This document shows, one piece after another, positions 32,119 through 40,163 of a stretch of DNA of 64,000 bases. The position numbers were made by a program, and so were the translations under genes. Within the stretch, counting starts at the first letter, position 1. Each line of letters opens with the position of its first letter. The notes beneath the pieces are model-generated. The model was given only the letters and a program-made list of their open reading frames with translations. It was not told where the DNA came from and searched no databases. Location: the NCBI GenBank assembly GCA_945898515.1, contig CAMDIH010000001.1, forward strand, positions 13,093 to 77,092, given 5' to 3'. This DNA is from Candidatus Neomicrothrix parvicella RN1 (GTDB lineage Bacteria > Actinomycetota > Acidimicrobiia > Acidimicrobiales > VFJN01).

Positions 32119-33467
32119 GCGATCCCGGTCGACCGGTTGGGCACCCAAGCACCGATGGGCTCGACGAGGTGGCGGACGCGCTGTTGCACACGATCGCCAG
32201 CGAGGGCCTGGGGAGCGGTCTGCTGTGGTCGGCCGCGCCCACCGCGCTTCTCGACCATGCCCGGGGTTCGGCGTTGCCTCCAGGGCGAGGCGGAGGTCGG
32301 GGGGCCCGGCCCACCATCACCACCCTGCTGGCGGCACTGGCCACCGCCCGAGGGTCGTGCCTCACCACCGTGGGCAACGTGTTGTTTGCCTACGAAGGAG
32401 CCAACCCGAAGGCCACCCTCACCCCGGTGATCGATGCCACCGCCCGGGCCCGCGGCGTGGCACCCGTGGCTCACTCTGTGCGCCCACCGCTGTCGCTGCT
32501 CACCGCCGGAACCCGCAACCTCCGCCATGAGCGTGCCGCACTACGCCAGGCGCTTCCGGCCGGGGTTCCTGAGGCTGTTGAGCGGGCCCTGCAGGCCGCG
32601 GTGCGGGCCCACGCCCGCGCCGCGGCGGCGCTGGATTCCATCGCACCGAATTTGGTGGTGCTGGCCTCCCAGCACTCCACCAGTTCACGGGCGTTGATCC
32701 AAGCCGCCCGGGTACGCCAGATCCCCACCGCCTACCTCCCCCACGCCCCGGCGGCCAACACCTACCAATACCGCGATCTCCCCACTGATTTCGCCGGATT
32801 GCGGGGGGCCCGGGAAGTGGATTTCTATCGGTCGCTCGGGGCCCGAGGGGCCCTCGCGGTGGTAGGCAATCCCCAGGCCCAGGTAGTGGTCCCCCCGCAC
32901 CTGAACCCCGAGGCGGCGGTGATCTTTGCGCCTCGGCCCCAACCCATCGCCGAAGTGCGCCAGCAGGTCGCGGCAGTGGCGGCGGCGGCGCCGGCCGTGG
33001 TCGTGTCTCCGCACCCTCGAATGCGCCACCAACGGCACTACGCCGATCTATGGCCCGCGCACTGGGAGGTGCACCACGGCTGGACGGCCGAGTTGCTGCG
33101 GGGCGCCCACCCGTGCGTGATCCAACGCTCCAGCGGGGTGGCGTGGGAGGCCATGGCCCATGGCGTTCCGGTGATCGAGTTGGCCTCACCCGCGGCGGAG
33201 GATCCGTCGTACCTCATGATTCGCGAGCCCTACGCCCGGCGGTGCGCCTCGAACAACGACTTGCCCGCTGCGGTAGCCCAGGCCCGTCAATCCGCCACCG
33301 ACCCCCTCGCCCGCCAGCAACTCATGGCCTGGGCGCAGGAGTGGTGCGCGGTCAGCGGCTCCCACTCGGTGGCTCGGGCCACCGAGTGGATCGAGCAGTG
33401 TGCGTCGGCTCCCTACCCGGCGGAGCCCCTCCTCGACTACTGGGCACAGCCGTCCGGAGTGGCATGA
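32115..33467 (+). CDS. Hypothetical protein, possible GT-B-fold transferase of unassigned family
   Basis: Coupled to both neighbours by 4-nt overlaps. It has NLVVLASQHS..ARVRQIPTAYLPHAP, VVVSPHPR and SSGVAWEAMAHGVPVIEL blocks, which resemble two Rossmann halves. Confidence 0.6.
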   Translation: MSDPGRPVGHPSTDGLDEVADALLHTIASEGLGSGLLWSAAPTALLDHARGSALPPGRGGGRGARPTITTLLAALATARGSCLTTVGNVLFAYEGANPKATLTPVIDATARARGVAPVAHSVRPPLSLLTAGTRNLRHERAALRQALPAGVPEAVERALQAAVRAHARAAAALDSIAPNLVVLASQHSTSSRALIQAARVRQIPTAYLPHAPAANTYQYRDLPTDFAGLRGAREVDFYRSLGARGALAVVGNPQAQVVVPPHLNPEAAVIFAPRPQPIAEVRQQVAAVAAAAPAVVVSPHPRMRHQRHYADLWPAHWEVHHGWTAELLRGAHPCVIQRSSGVAWEAMAHGVPVIELASPAAEDPSYLMIREPYARRCASNNDLPAAVAQARQSATDPLARQQLMAWAQEWCAVSGSHSVARATEWIEQCASAPYPAEPLLDYWAQPSGVA

Positions 33468-34210
33468 CCGATCCACGACCTCTGGTCCTCGCGGTGGTCC
33501 CGGCCCGGGGTGGGTCCCGTGGCGTCCCGCGGAAAAACATTCGCGTGTTGGGCGGCCACCCGCTTCTCGCCTACACCATCGCGGCGGGCCGGGCGAGTGA
33601 ACGGGTGACCGACCTGGTGGTGTCTACCGAAGATCCTGAGATCGCCGAGGTAGCTCGCTCCTACGGTGCCGAGGTGATCGACCGACCCGATGCCCTCGCC
33701 ACCGATGAGGCTCCCACCGCGCCGGTGATTCAGCACGCCATCGAGCGCGTCGAGGAAGCCACCGGGCGCACCTACGACTACATCCTCACCCTCCAACCCA
33801 CCACACCGTTTCGCCGCGGCTGGGACATCGATGCGGCGGTTGATCTCCTGGAGGCCGCTGCGAACCCGGCGGCGAGCGTCACGAGCGTGGTGCGGATCTT
33901 CGATGCCCATCCGCTGCGGGTGAAGCGCCTAACGCAAGACCGCCTGCAGCCCTACATCGCCGGTGACGACGTCCCCACCCGGCGCCAGGACCTTCCTCCC
34001 GCCTACCTGCGCAACGGCGCCATCTATCTGGCCCACCGACCCACGGTGACCGGAGGTTCGGTGTGGGGGAACCCGGAGATCCCCTACCCGATGCCGCCTG
34101 AGCGGTCGGTCAACATCGACGAACCACTCGACTTCCTCCTCGCCGAAGCGGTGGTGCGGGCAGGCCTCACCGAGATCGACCTTCTCCTCGAATCCCCCCA
34201 GGACAACTGA
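33464..34210 (+). CDS. neuA: N-acylneuraminate cytidylyltransferase family (CMP-nonulosonic acid synthetase, NeuA/LegF)
   Basis: AVVPARGGSRGVPRKNIRVLGGHPLLAYTI, LQPTTPFR, NGAIY. Start at ATG 33464 (ATGA overlap) inside ORF 33050..34210. Confidence 0.9.
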   Translation: MTDPRPLVLAVVPARGGSRGVPRKNIRVLGGHPLLAYTIAAGRASERVTDLVVSTEDPEIAEVARSYGAEVIDRPDALATDEAPTAPVIQHAIERVEEATGRTYDYILTLQPTTPFRRGWDIDAAVDLLEAAANPAASVTSVVRIFDAHPLRVKRLTQDRLQPYIAGDDVPTRRQDLPPAYLRNGAIYLAHRPTVTGGSVWGNPEIPYPMPPERSVNIDEPLDFLLAEAVVRAGLTEIDLLLESPQDN

Positions 34211-34212
34211 GC

Positions 34213-35076
34213 ATGCACCCTTCCAACGACTACTACGGCCACGAGATGATCCTGTCGTGGGCCGCCTCGATCCACCGCCCCAAACGAACCTTCGGCTACA
34301 TCCAGCACGGGTGGAAGCCGGAGTCGGGATTTCCGGCCGACATGCGCCTGATCCCGAAGGCGCCGTTATTCGTTTGGTCCGAAGCCAACCGCTCGGCCAC
34401 CGCAGCGCGTCATCCGGGCCACACCGTGGAGGCCATCGGCGCGCCGTTCCTGTACCTCCATGAGCTCTTGAAGCCCGCCCTGGCGATCGAGCCCACCAAG
34501 GACCTCCTCGTCTACCCGTGTCATCAACTCCGCAGCGCCCCCCTGGCGGGCGAGGTGCACTCGACCCTCATCGATCAGATCCGGGACCTGGATCCCACCT
34601 CCATCACGGTGAACCTCCATCCCTACGAGTTCGACGATGGGCACACCGTCGCGCTGTACCAAAGCGAACTGCCCGATGCGACAGTCACCACGAACTGGCT
34701 GCGACCCCCGTGGGTGGTGAGCGACGATCCCACCATGTTGATCCGCCAGATCCTTCAGATGTTGGATCACCGCCGCGTCGTGTCGAACTGCCTCACCACC
34801 GCCGTGCTGTACGCGTCGTACCTGGGTCGCGACGCCCGACTGCTTCGCCACCCTGAGCGCCGTCAACCCCCCACCGAGGGGCGCGGGCGAGCACTCCATG
34901 AAACCTTGGAGCAAGCCACCAACGGCACGGCCCTCGCCGCCATCGCGGCAAGCGAGTTGGGGGCCGACCATCTCCGTACGCCCGACGAACTGAGAGCCGT
35001 GCTGGGATGGGACTCTCGGTGGCGCGGCGCGGCGGCGGGGACCGTCCGGCTCTTCGGGTCCATCCGGCACCACTAG
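34213..35076 (+). CDS. Hypothetical protein (no family recognised)
   Basis: It starts 3 nt after the neuA stop. It contains GYIQHGW, VNLHPYEFDDG and VVSNCLTTAVLYASYLG blocks. No TM segments. Confidence 0.55.
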   Translation: MHPSNDYYGHEMILSWAASIHRPKRTFGYIQHGWKPESGFPADMRLIPKAPLFVWSEANRSATAARHPGHTVEAIGAPFLYLHELLKPALAIEPTKDLLVYPCHQLRSAPLAGEVHSTLIDQIRDLDPTSITVNLHPYEFDDGHTVALYQSELPDATVTTNWLRPPWVVSDDPTMLIRQILQMLDHRRVVSNCLTTAVLYASYLGRDARLLRHPERRQPPTEGRGRALHETLEQATNGTALAAIAASELGADHLRTPDELRAVLGWDSRWRGAAAGTVRLFGSIRHH

Positions 35077-35100
35077 GCGGCGCCGATCAACTCGCGAGCA

Positions 35101-36864
35101 TCACGCGTCGGCGGCCCGGAGGCGGGCGGCGAGATCGACCTCACTGGCATCGCCTTGGGCCACCACCCGACCATGCTCGAGCACAATGAAGCGATTGCAG
35201 CGTCTGATCAAGGCATCTCGGTGCGACACCACGATCACGATCGAGGTTGGGGACAGGTCGAGCAGAGACTGCTCCACCAACGCCTCGTTGGCCGCGTCGA
35301 GGGCACTGGTGGGTTCATCGAGGATCAGGCAGGTGGGCGCGGCCAGCAGCGAGCGGGCCAGCGCCACGCGTTGGCGCTGCCCCCCTGACAACGATGAGCG
35401 GCCCTCCCCCACTGCGGTGGCATAGCCCTCGGGTAGGGCCTCGATCTCCCGATCAATCCCGGCGCGCCCGGCGGCGCGTTCCACCTGCTCGGCCGTTGCG
35501 GGACGGTGAAAGGCGATGTTCTCGGCGATGGTGGCGGCGAGGAGCACGGGTTCTTGGGACAGCAGACCCAGTTGCGTGGTCCACGACTCCGCCGAATAGG
35601 TCTCCAACGCCGCACCATTCACCTGCAGTGACCCCGTCGTGGGCGACAACAGTCCGGCCAGCGTGTTGGCCAGTGTGGTCTTGCCGCCCCCGGAGGGGCC
35701 GATCACGCCCAGCCAGTCGCCCGGTCCGAGGTCGAGGTTGATGCCCTCGAGCGCCTGGTGTCCCGAGGGATAGCGATAACCCAGGTTGCGGAGCGAGATG
35801 GCGGTCACCGGCCCCAGGTCGGCATCACCGCGGGGGGTTTGCCGAGCTCGGTTGTCGCTCACCGAATCAAGGAGTTCTTCAAGGAACGGCCGGGTCTCCA
35901 CATAGATCTGAACCGACGAGTTCAGTTGCTGGATGTAACTCAGCGAGCGCACGGCCAGAATGGCAGCCGTCCCAAACGCCACGGCCGCCACATCGATCGC
36001 TCGCCCCACCACCACGATCCCCACGATGGCGGCCAGCAGCACCTGCTGGTAGACGCTCGGCAGCATCCGCTGAATGAACTTCAGACGGGCGTAACTGTCC
36101 GCGGTGGCACTACTCAGATCCTTCAGACGAGTGGCCGCCGCTTCCTCCACCCCGAAGACGTGAAGTTCGCGATTGAGTTGCACGTACGACGTGGCGTTGA
36201 GTTGCAGGTCACCGAGGAGCTCCGCTTGCCCTCGCGCCAGGCGCTTCGACCGCCGTCGCAGCGGATTCAACGCGGCGGCGGAGCCAAGGGCCACCACGGC
36301 GAACAACAGGGCAATGGCGGGGGCGGTGACCACCACGATGACCAGGTAGATGGCGAGGCTGATCACCGCCACCGAAGCCACCGAGAGTAACTGGAGCGGG
36401 ATCACCGCCTGTTGGGCGTTCAACCCCAGCAACTGCTGCAGGCGCCCAAGACGAGCGGCGTGGAGGTGCTCCCAATCGGCCGCGAACCAGGCGTCGATCA
36501 CCAGAGAACGGGCCCGGCGCAGCGCGAACGCCTGGTTCCGGGCCGATACCCGGGCTTCGGCGAGTCGGGCCAGCAGCGTGATCAGCAGGCTGATCGCCGC
36601 CACGGCGGCGAGGGCGCCAAAGGACAACGAGCCCGTGAATGGCCCCCAAGCAAGATTGGCCCGGTTGTTGTCCTCTACGAGGAGCAGCAGCAGGCGAAGA
36701 ATGGTGAGGAGCGACACCGTCTCGGACAACGCGATCACGGTGCCCAGGATCGGATGCACGATCAATCGGCGGCGGCGGCGGCCAAAGAGGCGACCCAGAA
36801 TCTGCCAGAGGCTAGCGACGGTATCGGGGGCCACTGAGGAGACTGCCCGCTTCAGGGCGCTCAC
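35101..36864 (-). CDS. Fused TMD-NBD ABC exporter (MsbA/PglK-like)
   Basis: About six N-terminal TM helices. Walker A GPSGGGKTT, signature LSGGQRQRVALAR, Walker B LILDEPTSALD. GTG start. Confidence 0.9.
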   Translation of the reverse strand: MSALKRAVSSVAPDTVASLWQILGRLFGRRRRRLIVHPILGTVIALSETVSLLTILRLLLLLVEDNNRANLAWGPFTGSLSFGALAAVAAISLLITLLARLAEARVSARNQAFALRRARSLVIDAWFAADWEHLHAARLGRLQQLLGLNAQQAVIPLQLLSVASVAVISLAIYLVIVVVTAPAIALLFAVVALGSAAALNPLRRRSKRLARGQAELLGDLQLNATSYVQLNRELHVFGVEEAAATRLKDLSSATADSYARLKFIQRMLPSVYQQVLLAAIVGIVVVGRAIDVAAVAFGTAAILAVRSLSYIQQLNSSVQIYVETRPFLEELLDSVSDNRARQTPRGDADLGPVTAISLRNLGYRYPSGHQALEGINLDLGPGDWLGVIGPSGGGKTTLANTLAGLLSPTTGSLQVNGAALETYSAESWTTQLGLLSQEPVLLAATIAENIAFHRPATAEQVERAAGRAGIDREIEALPEGYATAVGEGRSSLSGGQRQRVALARSLLAAPTCLILDEPTSALDAANEALVEQSLLDLSPTSIVIVVSHRDALIRRCNRFIVLEHGRVVAQGDASEVDLAARLRAADA

Positions 36865-37058
36865 GGAGCCACCCCAGGAGCTACCAACCGCAGAAGCGGT
36901 AGCGGCACCGGAGGGAGGTCGTCGAGAAGGGTCATAGCGCGTGGGGGTCCCAAGGGCCCTCCGTTACCCTTCAGCCTACGCCAGAGCCATTGACTCCCCT
37001 AGACACCGGGGGGAATCGGTCCGCCCCACCAGTGTGAGGGGCCCGAGCGTTCTAGCCT

Positions 37059-38195
37059 GTGGCCCTGGCTGTTCTCCCGTACCCCTCTCCTGGCATTCTC
37101 CGCGCCACGCTGGCCGAGTGGTCCGTGGCCTATGACCTCACCACCCAGACCACGCACCTCCTGAGTCCGGAGGCGGGCTGGGTGTTGGATCTGTGTGACG
37201 GGGAGGCCTCCAGCGAGGGGCTGGTGGCCGAGATCGCCGGCATCACCGGCGGTCCCACCGATGACATAGCCGCCGACGTGCACGCCTATTTGGAGATGCT
37301 GAGCGAAATCGGGCTGGTGGGCAAGCGGGATGGGCTCACGACCCCGGTGGGACGAGAGAGCACGAGCGCCGCCGATCCTGCCGGTCCTTACACCAGCGCA
37401 GGGCTGCGGCTGCTCACCACCGGAGTGGTCCTTCGCAGCAATGACGCAGCCCTGCTGGCCCAAGCCGAGGCACGAGTGGCGTCGCTTCGCGGGGACCTGC
37501 CCATCACCGTGACCATCGACCTGAAGGCGCAGCCCGGGGGGGCGGTCACCCTCACCGGCGGGGGTCCGGCCCGTTCCTATGCCTCGCCAGCCGAAGCACT
37601 CGACAACCTGCCCCATGCGCTTTGCTCCATCGCCACCCACACCCCCGTTTGCCTCGTGCTGCGCTCCGGGTGTGTGCGTTCCCCCGCCGGTGAGGTCGTC
37701 TTGTTACCCGGTCCGCCCGGATCGGGGGCCACCACCCTGGCCGCCGCCCTCGTTCGCCTCGGCTGGGACTACGCCAGTGACGCCATCGTCGGAATCCAAT
37801 CGGCGCCGCCACGAGCGCTCGCCTACCCCGCCCCACTGGCCCTAAGCGAGGAAAGCCGCCGCATCCTCCGACTCGACCCCTCCCCGTCGGCCACCACCAA
37901 CCCCGCCGACGTGCGGGCCGATGTCACGATCCTCCACGGCCCCGTCGGCCCGGTGGAGCGGGTCGTCATCACCTTCTTCCAAGCCGGAGCGCGCCTGCAC
38001 CTCGAGATGCTCGACCCCACCGCGGCGGTGGGCGCGCTACTCGAGCACGCCCTCAACCTGGCCGAGGTCGGTAACGCCGGCCTCGACATCGTGTGTGATC
38101 TGGCCCAGCGTGTGCCGGTGCTGGGCTTGGTGCACAGCGACATCAACGAGGCCGTGGCGGCAGTCAATGATTCGTCGCCCCGGCCCGGAACGTAA
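37059..38195 (+). CDS. PqqD-like (RiPP recognition element) domain fused to an HPr-kinase-C-terminal-like P-loop domain
   Basis: The N-terminal ~90 aa match the PqqD pattern (HLLSPEAGWVLDLCDGE..S.EGLVAEIA......DVHAYLEMLSEIGLV). The C-terminal half has LRSGCV...VVLLPGPPGSGATTLAAALVRLGWDYASDAIV, like HprK's GxSGxGKS...L...G..LV.DD but with no Walker lysine. Confidence 0.7.
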   Translation: MALAVLPYPSPGILRATLAEWSVAYDLTTQTTHLLSPEAGWVLDLCDGEASSEGLVAEIAGITGGPTDDIAADVHAYLEMLSEIGLVGKRDGLTTPVGRESTSAADPAGPYTSAGLRLLTTGVVLRSNDAALLAQAEARVASLRGDLPITVTIDLKAQPGGAVTLTGGGPARSYASPAEALDNLPHALCSIATHTPVCLVLRSGCVRSPAGEVVLLPGPPGSGATTLAAALVRLGWDYASDAIVGIQSAPPRALAYPAPLALSEESRRILRLDPSPSATTNPADVRADVTILHGPVGPVERVVITFFQAGARLHLEMLDPTAAVGALLEHALNLAEVGNAGLDIVCDLAQRVPVLGLVHSDINEAVAAVNDSSPRPGT

Positions 38196-38211
38196 ACCCC
38201 GGCGCGTTGGC

Positions 38212-39477
38212 TCAGAGGCGTTCGACGTTGGCGGCGTGGGGCAGGCGGGCCTTGGTATCGAGCACGTAGCGGGCGTGGGCCAGGATCACAGCGGGATCGA
38301 AGGCCGCGTGGTCCACCAAGAGCACCACGGCATCAGCCGACGCCATCTCCTCGGGCGTAGCCTCCACCGGCTGCACCCCGGTGGGGAAGCGATCGGGGGC
38401 CACGTGCGGATCGGCGGCCACCAGTTCCGCGCCCAGATCGGCCAGCAGGTGGGCCACTCGGTGGCTGGGGCTCTCCCGCCAATCCCCCACGTTGGCTTTG
38501 AAGGAGACGCCCAGCAGGAGGATCCGACTCCCCCGGATGGGCTTACCCTGATCGTTGAGGGCGCTGAACAGGCGTCGTACGACGTAGTCGGGCATGTGCT
38601 CGTTGACGTCGTTCGCCAATTCCACGAAGCGAAAACTCTGCCCCAGTCGGCGTTTCACCTGCCAGGAGAGGTAACTCGGGTCCACCGGGAGGCAGTGGCC
38701 CCCCACGCCCGGCCCGGGCGTGAACCTCAGGTACCCAAAGGGTTTGGTGGAGGCGGCGTCGATGGCCTCCCACACGTCGATTCCGAGATCGTGGGCGAAC
38801 ATCGCCAGTTCGTTCACCAGGGCGATGTTCACATGCCGGAACGTGTTCTCAAGAAGTTTGGTGAGTTCGGCTTCCTTCGGGGTGGACACCGGCACCGTGG
38901 TCTCCACGATCCGGTCGTAGAACAATCGGACGGCGGCAAGGCTGGCGGCGTCGATCCCACTCACCACTTTCGGGGTGTTCACCAGGGTGTAGGTCTGATT
39001 GCCCGGGTCGATGCGCTCGGGGGAATAGCCGAGGTGAAAGTCCTCGCCGGCCCGCAACCCCGACCCGGCCGCCAGGATGGGGGCGAGGCGCTCCTCAGTG
39101 GTGCCGGGGTAGGTGGTGCTCTCCAGCACCACGGTGGCCCCCCGGGTGAGTAGCGGGGCCAGATCGGCACCGGCCTCGTCGATGAAGGTGAGGTCGGGGA
39201 TGCTCTCGCGCAGCGGGGTGGGCACCGTGATGATGGCCACATCAAAACGGGCCAGGCCCGCCAGGGTGGACACGGCCCGATAACGACCAGTGGCCAAGGC
39301 CTCCGCCACATCGTCATCGCTGATGTCCTCCACGAACGACGTGCCCGAGGTCAACGCAGCCACCCGCGCCTCGTCCACGTCGTAGCCGATCACCTCGTAA
39401 CCAGCGGCCACCGCCCGCATCGCCAGGGGCAAGCCCACGTATCCCTGCCCCACGATAATGGCGATCTCGTTGCTCAT
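38212..39477 (-). CDS. UDP-glucose/GDP-mannose dehydrogenase family nucleotide-sugar 6-dehydrogenase
   Basis: IAIIVGQGYVGLPLA Rossmann motif, catalytic GPGVGGHCLPVDP block and a C-terminal UDP-binding domain. Confidence 0.9.
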   Translation of the reverse strand: MSNEIAIIVGQGYVGLPLAMRAVAAGYEVIGYDVDEARVAALTSGTSFVEDISDDDVAEALATGRYRAVSTLAGLARFDVAIITVPTPLRESIPDLTFIDEAGADLAPLLTRGATVVLESTTYPGTTEERLAPILAAGSGLRAGEDFHLGYSPERIDPGNQTYTLVNTPKVVSGIDAASLAAVRLFYDRIVETTVPVSTPKEAELTKLLENTFRHVNIALVNELAMFAHDLGIDVWEAIDAASTKPFGYLRFTPGPGVGGHCLPVDPSYLSWQVKRRLGQSFRFVELANDVNEHMPDYVVRRLFSALNDQGKPIRGSRILLLGVSFKANVGDWRESPSHRVAHLLADLGAELVAADPHVAPDRFPTGVQPVEATPEEMASADAVVLLVDHAAFDPAVILAHARYVLDTKARLPHAANVERL

Positions 39478-39539
39478 CTCCCCATGATGCCCCCTCGAGG
39501 TGCTCCGCTGGCGTTGCGCCCGTCGGGACCGCAGCAGAA

Positions 39540-40163
39540 CTACTCGCTCGGCCGGGTGTTATAGCGATTCATGGCTTGTTCGGGATCGCCCTGCAGGATG
39601 AGTTCGACGGCATCAGCGGCCTCCTGCACCACCACGTTCAGTTCGGCGCGGTCTGCTTTGCCGGGCTTCTTGAGGACATGCTCCACGCCCTGGGCCTTAC
39701 CCGGTGGCTTACCGATACCGATGCGCACCCGCACGAAGTCATCGGTGTGGAGGTGCGCCTTGACGGACTTGAGACCGTTGTTGCCCGCCAACCCGCCCCC
39801 CACCTTCACCTTGAGCGTGCCCACCGGCAGGTCGAGCTCGTCGTGCACAATCACGAGGCGGTGAGGGTCGTCGATCCCATGGCGGCGCACCAACGGCGCC
39901 ACCGCTTCGCCCGAGAGATTCATGTAGGTGAGTGGGATCGCCAGCGCCAGACGCTTCTCCCCCACGGTCACCTCGCCGGCCAGGGCGCGTTCCTTGCCTT
40001 TGCGAAGTGTCGCACCGTGGCGTTGGGCCAGCACTTGAACCACCTCGGCCCCCACATTGTGACGGGTGCCGTCGTATTCGGCGCCCGGGTTGGCCAGACC
40101 AACCACTAACAGGTCCGCTGGGGTGCCGCGACGCAAGGTCGCGCCACCCCGTCGCCCAAACAT
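39540..40163 (-). CDS. pth: Peptidyl-tRNA hydrolase
   Basis: LVVGLANPGAEYDGTRHNVG and HDELDLP blocks. The start overlaps the rplY stop (TGATG). Confidence 0.93.
   Translation of the reverse strand: MFGRRGGATLRRGTPADLLVVGLANPGAEYDGTRHNVGAEVVQVLAQRHGATLRKGKERALAGEVTVGEKRLALAIPLTYMNLSGEAVAPLVRRHGIDDPHRLVIVHDELDLPVGTLKVKVGGGLAGNNGLKSVKAHLHTDDFVRVRIGIGKPPGKAQGVEHVLKKPGKADRAELNVVVQEAADAVELILQGDPEQAMNRYNTRPSE

Noticed and set aside
36941-37135. A 64-aa plus-strand ORF in the exporter/PqqD-HprK intergenic region as a possible RiPP precursor.
   Set aside because: It overlaps the start of the PqqD-HprK gene out of frame. It is Arg/Pro/Ser-rich with no leader/core organisation and no SD. It is most likely a chance ORF.
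37921-39153. A 410-aa plus-strand ORF.
   Set aside because: It overlaps the 3' end of the PqqD/HprK gene out of frame and is antisense to the UDP-sugar dehydrogenase, which has a clear Rossmann motif and catalytic Cys block.
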